A stretch of 28,219 nucleotides of DNA. Origin: an uncultured Oscillospiraceae bacterium (GTDB lineage Bacteria; Bacillota; Clostridia; Oscillospirales; Oscillospiraceae). A program made the translations under genes and the position numbers. The stretch covers positions 1 through 28,219 of the forward strand of contig CAYPZF010000002.1 of NCBI GenBank assembly GCA_964415275.1, read 5' to 3'. The number at the start of each line of letters is the position of its first letter. Within the stretch, counting starts at the first letter, position 1. Below are positions 1 through 8,376 of this stretch, one piece after another. The notes under the pieces are model-generated. The model searched no databases. It saw only the letters and a program-made list of their open reading frames with translations, and was not told where the DNA came from.

Positions 1-345
1 GCCCAGGGCGGCGGAGAGGGAGATGAGGCCCAGCATCCCGGCCTCCACCTTCTCCAGCCCCGCCTCTGCCGGTACGGGACGGCGCAGGGCGTCCAAAAGA
101 AACCACAGGCCCATGCCCGCCAGCACCACCCGGCCCAGCGCCCCGGCGGTGGCCGGGGCCAGAAGCGGCGCGGCGCCCGCGCCCAGAAACAACGCCAGTA
201 TGGTAATCACCGTGGTGGCGGCGGCAATGACAGGTACGCCCCGGCCCGGAAGCGGACAGCCGCTGAGGCTGTATCCGGCGGCCAGCAGAACTGTATCCAG
301 GTTGCAGGCCAGGGCAAACAGCAGCGTGGGACCTAACGTGTCCAC
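1..345 (-). CDS. YtaF/MntP-like membrane protein (5' part only; runs off the window start)
   Basis: Missing from the ORF track because it has no stop in the window. Manual translation from GTG at 345, with a purine-rich RBS-like AAAGGGGGG upstream: MDTLGPTLLFALACNLDTVLLAAGYSLSG...GMLGLISLSAALG. It is hydrophobic, and 'FALACNLD' resembles the A-x-(S/N)-x-D repeat motif of the MntP/YtaF family. Confidence 0.6.
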   Translation of the reverse strand, partial: MDTLGPTLLFALACNLDTVLLAAGYSLSGCPLPGRGVPVIAAATTVITILALFLGAGAAPLLAPATAGALGRVVLAGMGLWFLLDALRRPVPAEAGLEKVEAGMLGLISLSAALG

Positions 346-393
346 AGGCAGCCCCCCTTTCTCCCCTCATCTTACGGGAAAAAGCGGAAAAGG

Positions 394-422
394 GTGCATT
401 CCCCCGGTCGGTGTGCTATAAT
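394..422 (+). promoter_or_regulatory. Putative sigma-A promoter for the HD hydrolase-aroK-helicase genes
   Basis: GTGCAT (394-399), 17 nt spacer, TATAAT (417-422), with an extended -10 TG at 414-415. Confidence 0.6.
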
Positions 423-486
423 GGTATTATCTGTACCGTCGCCGCGCGGGAGGCGGCGGGGGCCATATAGACAAGGAGGGGTGCTT

Positions 487-1068
487 GTGTCCAGCCGCGA
501 GGAGTTTATTGAGGTCTACAACGCCAACATCACCAGACCGGGGGCCAAAGAGCTGCTCCAGTTCCTGGAGGAGAAGAGCGACTTCTTCACCTCCCCCGCC
601 AGCGTCCGCTTTCACAGCGCCTACGCCGGCGGTCTGTGCGACCACAGCCTCAACGTCTACCACTGCCTGGCCGACTATCTGGCCAGGGAGCGGGTGTCCG
701 AGCTCTATGGGCTCTCCTACAGCGACGAGTCCATCGCCATTGTCTCCCTGCTCCACGACCTGTGCAAGGCGGGGTGCTACAAGACGGGCTCCCGCAATGT
801 CAAGGGAGAGGACGGCAAGTGGAAGGCGGTGCCCACCTTCCTCTTTGACGACCCCCTCCCCTACGGCCATGGGGAGAAGTCGGTCTATATCATCAGCGGG
901 TTCATGCGGCTCTCCCGGGACGAGGCCATGGCCATCCGCTGGCACATGGGCTTTTCCGGCACCGAGGACAACCGCATGGTGGGTAGGGCCTTCCAGCGCT
1001 ATCCCCTGTCGTTTGCCCTGTCGGTGGCCGATATGGAGGCCGCCTACCTCATGGAGGAAGAGGGGTAG
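487..1068 (+). CDS. HD-domain metal-dependent phosphohydrolase (YhaM-like HD signature)
   Basis: Motifs FFTSPAS..FHSAYAGGLCDHSLNV, LLHDLCK, HGEKS, AIRWHMG and AD. Start placed at GTG 487, 7 nt after AGGAGG (474-479), rather than at the track start 394. Confidence 0.8.
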   Translation: MSSREEFIEVYNANITRPGAKELLQFLEEKSDFFTSPASVRFHSAYAGGLCDHSLNVYHCLADYLARERVSELYGLSYSDESIAIVSLLHDLCKAGCYKTGSRNVKGEDGKWKAVPTFLFDDPLPYGHGEKSVYIISGFMRLSRDEAMAIRWHMGFSGTEDNRMVGRAFQRYPLSFALSVADMEAAYLMEEEG

Positions 1069-1070
1069 GC

Positions 1071-1601
1071 ATGGACAATCTGGTGCTGATCGGAATGCCG
1101 GGCTCGGGCAAGAGCTCGGTGGGGGTGCTTTTGGCCAAAACCCTGGGGTACGGTTTTCTGGACGTTGACCTGCTCATCCAGCAGCGGGAGGGGGCCCTGC
1201 TGCAGCATCTGGTGGACCGCCTGGGCTCTGAGGGCTTTTTGGACGCGGAGGCCCGGGTCATCCGCACTGTGACGTGCCGGAGCACCGTGGTGGCGCCGGG
1301 GGGCAGCGCCGTGTGCCGGCCGGACGCCATGGACCACCTGAAGGCGCTGGGTACGGTGGTCTACCTGCGCCTGCCCTGTGAAGCGCTGGAAAAGCGCATC
1401 CGGAACATGGGGACCCGGGGCATTGTCATGGCCCCCGGCCAGACCTTCCGGGACCTCTACAACGAACGGGTGCCCCTCTATGACCGCTACGCCGACCTGA
1501 CGGTGGACGCGGAGGGCCAGACCCTGGAGGAGACGGTAGACGCCGTGCGCCAGGCTCTGGCCGCCCATGGCATCCACTCATCCCGCACATTTTTAACATA
1601 A
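1071..1601 (+). CDS. aroK: Shikimate kinase
   Basis: NLVLIGMPGSGKSSVG Walker A, DVD, F...E, GGSAV, and R..LY near the C-terminus. Starts 2 nt after the HD gene stop. Confidence 0.88.
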   Translation: MDNLVLIGMPGSGKSSVGVLLAKTLGYGFLDVDLLIQQREGALLQHLVDRLGSEGFLDAEARVIRTVTCRSTVVAPGGSAVCRPDAMDHLKALGTVVYLRLPCEALEKRIRNMGTRGIVMAPGQTFRDLYNERVPLYDRYADLTVDAEGQTLEETVDAVRQALAAHGIHSSRTFLT

Positions 1602-1617
1602 AAAAGGATTTTTTAGA

Positions 1618-3324
1618 ATGAACTTTAATGCTCTGGGGCTTATGCCCCAAATTTTAAAGGCCTTGGCTCGCCAGGGCTACACCGCGCCCTCTCCCATTCA
1701 AACGAGGGCCATCCCCCCTGCCCTGGCGGGCAGGGACGTGCTGGGCTGCGCCCAGACAGGCACGGGCAAGACATGCGCCTTTGCCACGCCCATCCTCCAG
1801 CGCCTGGCGTGTACGCCGGCGGAGGGGCGCCCCATCCGGGCCCTGGTGGTCACCCCCACCCGGGAGCTGGCCCTCCAGATTTATGAGAGCTTTCTGGCCT
1901 ACGGCAGGCATTTGCCCCTGCGGTCCACCGTGGTATACGGCGGCGTAGGGCAGGGGCCCCAGGTGGACCAGCTGCGCCGGGGCGTTGACATCCTGGTGGC
2001 GACGCCGGGTCGGCTGCTGGACCTGCAGGGGCAGGGGCTGCTGGATTTGTCCCACATCCGCATCTTTGTCCTGGACGAGGCCGACCGGATGCTGGACATG
2101 GGCTTCATCCAAGACGTGCATCGGATTATAAAGCTGCTGCCCGCGGAGAAGCAGACCCTCTTTTTCTCCGCCACGATGCCCCCCGAGGTCACCGACCTGG
2201 TGAACACCCTCTTAAAAGACCCCGTCCGAGTGGCGGTGGACCCCATCTCGTCCCCGGTGGAGGTCATCGCCCAGAGCGTCTATCTGGTGGACAAAGGGAA
2301 CAAGACCAAACTCCTGGCCCAGCTGATCGGAGAGCCGGAGGTGAAAAACGCCCTGGTGTTCACCCGCACCAAGCATGGGGCCAACAAGGTGGCCCAGGAC
2401 CTGGCCAAGACCGGGCTGCGGGCGGCCGCCATCCACGGAAACAAGAGCCAGACCGCCCGCCAGCAGGCCTTAGCCGACTTTAAGGCCGGGCAGGTGAAGG
2501 TGCTGGTGGCCACCGACATCGCCGCCCGGGGCATCGACATCGAAGAGCTCTCCCATGTGTTTAACTACAATCTGCCCGAGGTGCCTGAGACCTACGTCCA
2601 CCGCATCGGCCGCACGGGCCGGGCGGGGCATGGCGGCACCGCCATCTCCTTCTGCGACTTTGGGGAGAAGCCCTATTTAAAGGGCATTGAAAAGCTGCTG
2701 GACCGCCGGATTCCCGTGGTGGAGGACCACCCCTGGCCCATGGCGGTTTTTGAGGTGGCGGTAAAGGACGCCAAAGGCCGGGCGGTGAACGCCGACGACG
2801 CCGAGGCCAGAGCGGCCGCCAAGGAGCGGCGGCGGGCCAGGGACGCGGAGCACAAGGCCAAGGCCCCGCAGGCCGGGCGCAAGGAGCCCCCGGTCAAAAG
2901 CGCTGCCGCCGCGCCGGAGGCCAAGGCCGCGCCCGCGCGGCGCGGCAGGCGGGGGCATCGGCTGGACCGGCTGGAGGACACCCTCCCCACCGTACCGCAG
3001 ATGCCCAAATCCGATTATGTCCGCCCCGACCCGCTGGCGGGAGAAGTGATTATGGACGCCACCGCGCGGATGCTGGCCCCCCGGTCCGGCGCGGCCAAGC
3101 GGGGCCGCACGGCCCAGGCCGAGGCGCAGAAAAAAAGAGCGCCCTCTAAAAAGAAGGCGCTCCCGCCGGAGCAGGCGGCCCCGGCCCCAAGCCCACGGAG
3201 CAAGGGCCGGCGGACACGGGACCGAAGGGGGCCGCCGCCGGTGCAGCTGCGGACCAGCAGGCAGAAGGACTCCACCGAGCAGCCCAGCCTGATGAAACCA
3301 TATTACCTCGGTCACGAAGAATAG
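1618..3324 (+). CDS. DEAD-box RNA helicase (RhlE-like core) with a long basic C-terminal extension
   Basis: Q motif (GYTAPSPIQ), AQTGTGKT, PTRELA, TPGRL, DEAD, SAT, ARGID and HRIGRTGRAG are all present. Confidence 0.95.
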   Translation: MNFNALGLMPQILKALARQGYTAPSPIQTRAIPPALAGRDVLGCAQTGTGKTCAFATPILQRLACTPAEGRPIRALVVTPTRELALQIYESFLAYGRHLPLRSTVVYGGVGQGPQVDQLRRGVDILVATPGRLLDLQGQGLLDLSHIRIFVLDEADRMLDMGFIQDVHRIIKLLPAEKQTLFFSATMPPEVTDLVNTLLKDPVRVAVDPISSPVEVIAQSVYLVDKGNKTKLLAQLIGEPEVKNALVFTRTKHGANKVAQDLAKTGLRAAAIHGNKSQTARQQALADFKAGQVKVLVATDIAARGIDIEELSHVFNYNLPEVPETYVHRIGRTGRAGHGGTAISFCDFGEKPYLKGIEKLLDRRIPVVEDHPWPMAVFEVAVKDAKGRAVNADDAEARAAAKERRRARDAEHKAKAPQAGRKEPPVKSAAAAPEAKAAPARRGRRGHRLDRLEDTLPTVPQMPKSDYVRPDPLAGEVIMDATARMLAPRSGAAKRGRTAQAEAQKKRAPSKKKALPPEQAAPAPSPRSKGRRTRDRRGPPPVQLRTSRQKDSTEQPSLMKPYYLGHEE

Positions 3325-3340
3325 AAGAGCACGAGACAAA

Positions 3341-3372
3341 GGCGCGGGCCGGGCTAAAGCCCCGTCCGCGCC
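3341..3372. terminator. Probable bidirectional intrinsic terminator between the convergent helicase and LysE genes
   Basis: GGCGCGGGCCGGGC-TAAA-GCCCCGTCCGCGCC: a 14-bp stem with one wobble and one mismatch, lying between two stop codons. The U-tracts are weak. Confidence 0.65.
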
Positions 3373-3381
3373 CTATGTTTG

Positions 3382-3960
3382 CTATAAAAACAGGGAGACG
3401 GCACAGTAGACCAGCAGCAGTGCCATCACGGTGTTGATTGCCCGGCCGTGGTTGGCGAACAGCCGGTAGAGCGCCGTGCCGAAGAGGGACCAGCACACCG
3501 TGGCCGACGCGCTGGCCGTCGCCAACAGGAGGGCAAAGCCCAGCAAGGCGGCGGGGGCCTGGTAGTAGGGCAGGATGTACGAGGTCATGGCAGTGAGGCC
3601 GAAAATCAGGTTTTTAGGGTTGACCAACTGGAGGAGCACGCCGGAGAGAAAGGACGCCTCGCCCGTCCGGTCCGTGCTGCCGGGGGTGCTGCGGAAAATC
3701 CGCCAGGCCAAGTAGAGCATATAGGCCGCGCCCAGGGTCATCAGCACCGGTTTGACTTTGGGGACCCAGGTGTACAGCATCTTGCCAAACAGGGCGCAGG
3801 ACGACATCGTGAAGGTGCCCCCCACGAACACGCCCAGGTTAAAGGGATAGCTGCGCCGGAAGCCCAGTCTGCCCCCAAAACTCATGGAGAGCAGGTTGTT
3901 GGGCCCCGGTGTGTAAGCCATGATAAACGCGTAAGTAAGAAGTGTCGGCCACTGGAACAT
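3382..3960 (-). CDS. LysE/RhtB-family amino-acid exporter (EamB-like)
   Basis: 192 aa and hydrophobic, with YTPGPNN, GAAYMLYLAW and QLVNPK family motifs. Confidence 0.88.
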   Translation of the reverse strand: MFQWPTLLTYAFIMAYTPGPNNLLSMSFGGRLGFRRSYPFNLGVFVGGTFTMSSCALFGKMLYTWVPKVKPVLMTLGAAYMLYLAWRIFRSTPGSTDRTGEASFLSGVLLQLVNPKNLIFGLTAMTSYILPYYQAPAALLGFALLLATASASATVCWSLFGTALYRLFANHGRAINTVMALLLVYCAVSLFL

Positions 3961-4030
3961 GGCGGCCCCTCCCTTTTTGGCAGTATTCCTATACCATATC
4001 TTATGTACGACTTGTCGTCAAGGGGTATTT

Positions 4031-4909
4031 ATGAACCATATCACAAGCCCTGCCGCCGGAGCGGACGGACGGCGCCGGATCAGGCGGCTGCTGCTGTTGC
4101 CGCTGGCCCTGGCCGCCGCGGGCGTGCTGTTTTTCTGGTGCCAGCAAAACGTAATCCAGACTGAGGTCATCGAGGTAACGGACGCCCGGCTGCCCGCGGC
4201 CTTTGACGGGCTGCGCGTCGCCATTGTCTCCGACGTCCACGGCAAGGAATTTGGGGCGGACAGCGCCGTCCTGCTGGCCAAAACCGCCCGCCTGACCCCC
4301 GACCTCATCGCAATCACCGGGGACCTGGTGCACCGGCGGGATCAGCTGGAGATGGTGCCCGCCCTGGCCGCGGGGCTCTCCGCCATCGCGCCCACCTATT
4401 ACGTCACGGGCAACCACGAGTGGGCGGCCAAGCTGGCCCCGGAGGTGAAGGACCTGCTGGAGCAGGAGGGCGTCACCGTGCTCTCCAACTCCTTTCTCCC
4501 CCTGGAGCGGGAGGGGCAGCGCATTGTCCTGGCCGGAGTGGACGACCCCAACGGCCCCTACGACCAAAAGACCCCCGTCCAGGTGTCCGGTGAAATTAAG
4601 GCCGCCTGGGGGGACGTGTTTACTCTCCTGCTGGCCCACCGGAACGACCATTGCGAGGCCTACGACCAGGCGGGGTTTCACCTCATCCTCTCGGGCCACG
4701 CCCACGGAGGCGTCGTCCGCCTGCCCTTCACCGACGGGCTGATCGGACCCAACATGCGCCTGTTCCCCTCCCGCACCGCCGGGTACTACGCTCTGGAGCA
4801 GGGCCAACTGGTGGTCTCCCGGGGGCTGGGCATCAGCGCCGAGCCCTTCCGGCTTTTTAACCGGCCCCACCTGCCCGTGGTGATCCTGCGGGCGGCGGAC
4901 AGTATATGA
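4031..4909 (+). CDS. Calcineurin-like metallophosphoesterase (YkuE-like) with an N-terminal membrane anchor
   Basis: SDVH, TGDL, GNHE, LLAH and GHAHGG motifs. Start at ATG 4031 after AAGGGG; the track start at 3959 overlaps the divergent LysE start. Confidence 0.88.
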   Translation: MNHITSPAAGADGRRRIRRLLLLPLALAAAGVLFFWCQQNVIQTEVIEVTDARLPAAFDGLRVAIVSDVHGKEFGADSAVLLAKTARLTPDLIAITGDLVHRRDQLEMVPALAAGLSAIAPTYYVTGNHEWAAKLAPEVKDLLEQEGVTVLSNSFLPLEREGQRIVLAGVDDPNGPYDQKTPVQVSGEIKAAWGDVFTLLLAHRNDHCEAYDQAGFHLILSGHAHGGVVRLPFTDGLIGPNMRLFPSRTAGYYALEQGQLVVSRGLGISAEPFRLFNRPHLPVVILRAADSI

Positions 4910-4956
4910 CCAAAAGGGGGCGCGCGGACCGCCCTCTTTCCTGAGGAGTTTTTTCT

Positions 4957-6825
4957 ATGGATTATTGCGCGGGACAGTTTGACATTGCCGTCATCGGCGC
5001 CGGACACGCGGGCATCGAGGCCGCCCTGGCGGCCGCCCGTCTGGGGTGCAAAACCCTCTGCTTTACCCTCAATATGGACGCGGTGGGCAACATGCCCTGC
5101 AACCCCTCCATCGGGGGCTCCGGCAAGGGGCACCTGGTGCGGGAGCTGGACGCCCTGGGGGGCGAGATGGCCCGGGCCGCCGACAAGGCCTGCATTCAGT
5201 ACCGGGTGCTGGGCCGGGGCAAGGGGCCCGCCGTCCACTCCCTGCGGGCCCAGGCCGACCGGCGGGCCTATCAGCAGATTATGAAGCACACCCTGGAGCG
5301 GCAGGAAAACCTGTGGGTGAAGCAGGTGGAGGTCACCGATGTCCTGACCAGCGACGGGGCTGTCTCCGGCGTGAGGACCGCCACCGGCGCCATCTACGGG
5401 GTGCGGGCCGCTGTGGTGTGCTCGGGCACCCACCTGGGGGGGCGCACCATTGTGGGGGAGGTCATCCGTCCGTCAGGGCCAGACGGGCTGGCCGCCGCCC
5501 TCCCCCTCACCGAGAGCCTCCGGTCCCTGGGCCTCTCCCTGCGCCGCTTCAAATCGGGTACGCCGCCCCGGCTGAACGCCCGCAGCGTGGATTTCTCCAA
5601 AATGGAGGTCCAGCCGGGGGAGGAGGGGGCGCCCCCCTTCTCCTTCGAGACCCGGCAGCCCCCGGAAAACCGGGCGGTGTGCTACCTCACCTACACCAAC
5701 GAGGCCACCCACGCGCTGATCCGGGCCAACCTGGACCGCTCCCCCCTCTATTCCGGGGTCATCGAGGGCGTAGGCCCCCGGTATTGCCCCTCCATCGAGG
5801 ATAAGGTGGTGCGCTTTTCCGATAAATCCCGGCACCAGCTCTTCCTCGAGCCCATGGGGCTGGACACCGAGGAGCTCTACCTCCAGGGCTTCTCCTCCTC
5901 CCTGCCCGAGGAGGTGCAGGTGGCCATGCTCCACACCGTCCCAGGGCTGGAGCACGCCGAGATGACCCGCTGCGGCTACGCCATTGAATACGACTGCGTG
6001 GACCCCACCCAGTTGCTGCCCACCCTGGAGTGCAAGCAACTCCCCGGCCTCTACGGCGCGGGGCAGTTTAACGGCTCCTCCGGCTATGAGGAGGCCGCGG
6101 TCCAGGGGCTGGTGGCCGGGGTGAACGCCGCGCTGAAGCTGCTGGGCAGGCCGCCCATGGTCATCGGGCGGGACCAGGGATACATCGGCGTACTCATCGA
6201 CGACCTGGTGACCAAGGGGACGGAGGAGCCCTACCGCATGATGACCTCACGCACCGAGTACCGCCTGCTCCACCGGCAGGACAATGCCGACCAGCGCCTC
6301 TGCCCCATCGGCCACGCCGTAGGGCTGGTGAGTGACGCCCGATACGAGCGGGTGGTGGAAAAATACGCGGCGGTGGACCGGGAAATCGCCCGGCTGGAGC
6401 GGACCGGTCTGCCGTCCAGCGCCCCGCTGGACCAGCTGCTTGCCCGGCGGGGGGAGCGGGCGGCGAAAAACGGGGTCCGGCTGGCAGACCTGCTGCGGCG
6501 CCCCCGAATCTCCTACGGCGACCTGGCCCCCTTTGACCCGGACAGGCCGGCGCTGCCCCCGGATGTGGCCGAGCAGGTGGAGCTCAACATCAAATACGCG
6601 GGATATATCCAGCGGCAGATTCGGCAGGTGGAGGAGATGCGCAAGCTGGAGGACAGGCCCCTGCCCCCCGGCCTGGACTACGCCGGTCTGGAGGGCCTGC
6701 GGCTGGAGGCGCGGCAGAAGCTGAACGCCATTCGCCCCCTGAACCTGGGCCAGGCCAGCCGCATCTCCGGAATCTCCCCCGCGGACCTGGCGGTGCTGAT
6801 GATCCGTTTGGAGCGGAAGCCATGA
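4957..6825 (+). CDS. mnmG: tRNA uridine-5-carboxymethylaminomethyl(34) synthesis enzyme MnmG/GidA
   Basis: VIGAGHAG.EAA FAD motif, CNPSIGG.GKG, GPRYCPSIEDK and GQFNGSSGYEEAA.QG; 622 aa. Confidence 0.97.
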   Translation: MDYCAGQFDIAVIGAGHAGIEAALAAARLGCKTLCFTLNMDAVGNMPCNPSIGGSGKGHLVRELDALGGEMARAADKACIQYRVLGRGKGPAVHSLRAQADRRAYQQIMKHTLERQENLWVKQVEVTDVLTSDGAVSGVRTATGAIYGVRAAVVCSGTHLGGRTIVGEVIRPSGPDGLAAALPLTESLRSLGLSLRRFKSGTPPRLNARSVDFSKMEVQPGEEGAPPFSFETRQPPENRAVCYLTYTNEATHALIRANLDRSPLYSGVIEGVGPRYCPSIEDKVVRFSDKSRHQLFLEPMGLDTEELYLQGFSSSLPEEVQVAMLHTVPGLEHAEMTRCGYAIEYDCVDPTQLLPTLECKQLPGLYGAGQFNGSSGYEEAAVQGLVAGVNAALKLLGRPPMVIGRDQGYIGVLIDDLVTKGTEEPYRMMTSRTEYRLLHRQDNADQRLCPIGHAVGLVSDARYERVVEKYAAVDREIARLERTGLPSSAPLDQLLARRGERAAKNGVRLADLLRRPRISYGDLAPFDPDRPALPPDVAEQVELNIKYAGYIQRQIRQVEEMRKLEDRPLPPGLDYAGLEGLRLEARQKLNAIRPLNLGQASRISGISPADLAVLMIRLERKP

Positions 6826-7850
6826 GGGAGCATGTGGTATTGGGCCTCTCAGGCGGCGTGGACTCCGCCGTGGCCGCCCGGCTGCTGCTGGAGCGGGGCT
6901 TTGCCGTCCACCCCCTCTGGCTGGACATCGGCCTGGGGGGCGGCGAGGATGCCGCCCGGGTGGCGGGGGCCCTGGGCCTCCCCCTTTACACCGCGGACAT
7001 CCGGGCGGCGCTGGAGCGGGAGGTTTGCGCGCCCTTCGCCGCCGACTATCTGGCGGGGCGAACACCCCTGCCCTGCGCCCGGTGCAACGCCCTGGTGAAG
7101 TTCCCCGCGCTGCTGGATCTGGCCGACAGGCTGGGGGCGGCCTGGGTGGCCACAGGACACTACGCCCGGAGGGGGGAGGACGGCAGCCCCAGCCCCCTGC
7201 TGCGGGGCAGGGCAGCCAACGACCAGTCCTATATGCTGGCTCGACTTCCCCGGGATACACTACAGAGGGTTATATTCCCCCTCGGTGATTACGAAAAGCG
7301 GGGGGTACGGGCCCTGGCGGAGGGGTTTGACCTCCCGGTGGCCCACAAGCCGGACTCCATGGAGCTCTGCTTTATCCCGGACAACGACTACGCCTCCTGG
7401 CTGGACAGGCGGGGCGGGACGCCGCCGCCGGGCAACTTTGTGGACCCCGAAGGCGCCGTCCTGGGCCGGCACAAGGGCATTCACCACTACACCCTGGGCC
7501 AGCGGCGCGGGCTGGGGATTTCCGCCGCCGGACGGCTTTTTGTCTCGGCCATCTCTCCGGAGCGCAACGAGGTGACGCTCTCCGCCGGAGAGGACCTCCG
7601 CGCCAGCCAGGTCCTCTGCACCGCGCCCAACTGGCTGCTGGACGGCGCCGCGCCCACGGCGCCCGTGGAGGTGACGGTGCGCCTGCGCCACGCCAGGCAG
7701 GAGACCCCCGCCACCCTTGTGCCCCGGGGAGATGAGGTGCACCTCTGCCTCCACACACCGGCCCGGGCCCCCACGCCGGGGCAGCTGGCGGTCTTTTACC
7801 TCGGAGACGCCGTGGCGGGCAGCGGGTGGATTGCGGCGGCGAAGCCGTAG
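6822..7850 (+). CDS. mnmA: tRNA 2-thiouridine(34) synthase MnmA
   Basis: SGGVDS PP-loop, PCARCN, ATGHYA, DQSY.L, ELCF, HKG...YT.GQRRG and TPGQ. Overlaps the mnmG stop by 4 bp (ATGA). Confidence 0.93.
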   Translation: MREHVVLGLSGGVDSAVAARLLLERGFAVHPLWLDIGLGGGEDAARVAGALGLPLYTADIRAALEREVCAPFAADYLAGRTPLPCARCNALVKFPALLDLADRLGAAWVATGHYARRGEDGSPSPLLRGRAANDQSYMLARLPRDTLQRVIFPLGDYEKRGVRALAEGFDLPVAHKPDSMELCFIPDNDYASWLDRRGGTPPPGNFVDPEGAVLGRHKGIHHYTLGQRRGLGISAAGRLFVSAISPERNEVTLSAGEDLRASQVLCTAPNWLLDGAAPTAPVEVTVRLRHARQETPATLVPRGDEVHLCLHTPARAPTPGQLAVFYLGDAVAGSGWIAAAKP

Positions 7851-7856
7851 AGAAAG

Positions 7857-7896
7857 AACAAGAGAGAGACGGGAGGCCTCCCGTCTCTCTCTTGTT
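7857..7896. terminator. Bidirectional terminator: perfect 40-bp palindrome between convergent mnmA and rpiB
   Basis: AACAAGAGAGAGACGGGAGG|CCTCCCGTCTCTCTCTTGTT. The second 20 nt are the exact reverse complement of the first 20, and T-rich tails follow on both strands. Confidence 0.8.
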
Positions 7897-7906
7897 GTTT
7901 ATGGGG

Positions 7907-8356
7907 TCAGGGGGATTGCCGCGCCGCCTCCAGCGCGGAGATCTGGTCGACACGGCGGGCGTGGCGGCCGCCGTCAAATGGAGTGTTGAGGAAGATCTCT
8001 GTGATTTGCTCGGCCAGCAGAGGGCCCGTAAACCCGGCCCCAAGGGCCAAAACGTTGGCGTTGTTGTGCCGGCGGGTGAGCTCCGCGGAGAGGGTATCCC
8101 GGCAGAGGGCGCAGCGGATGCCCTTTTTCTTGTTGGCGGTGATGGAGATGCCGATGCCGGTGAGGCAGATGACGATGCCCCGGTCACAGGAGCCGTCGGC
8201 CACCGCCTCGGCCACGGCGTCGCCGTAGATGGGGTAGTCGCAGGAGTCGGTGCTGTCACAGCCAAAGTCCCGGTATTCCAGCCCATGGGCGGTCAGATGC
8301 CGCTTGATGCGCTCTTTTAACTCATAGCCGCCGTGGTCAGAGCCGATTGCAATCAT
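7907..8356 (-). CDS. rpiB: Ribose-5-phosphate isomerase B
   Basis: IAIGSDHGG, DYP, C.TGIG, ANK..GIRCA, HNNAN and FDGGRH.RRV. Confidence 0.93.
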   Translation of the reverse strand: MIAIGSDHGGYELKERIKRHLTAHGLEYRDFGCDSTDSCDYPIYGDAVAEAVADGSCDRGIVICLTGIGISITANKKKGIRCALCRDTLSAELTRRHNNANVLALGAGFTGPLLAEQITEIFLNTPFDGGRHARRVDQISALEAARQSP

Positions 8357-8376
8357 AACAAGTCCTCCTCTTTCGA

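Noticed and set aside
23-421. 132-aa + strand ORF
   Set aside because: It is antisense to the hydrophobic YtaF/MntP-like frame, runs through a promoter region, and has a low-complexity Pro/Ala/Ser/Arg composition.
3975-4022. Possible LysE promoter (TTGACG-17-TATGGT, - strand) and short palindrome ACGAC-TT-GTCGT
   Set aside because: The -10 is a weak match and the 5-bp arms could arise by chance. No adjacent regulator gene supports an operator.
4912-4939. Weak hairpin between the metallophosphoesterase and mnmG
   Set aside because: The stem is short and imperfect with a poor U-tract, so it cannot be called a terminator.
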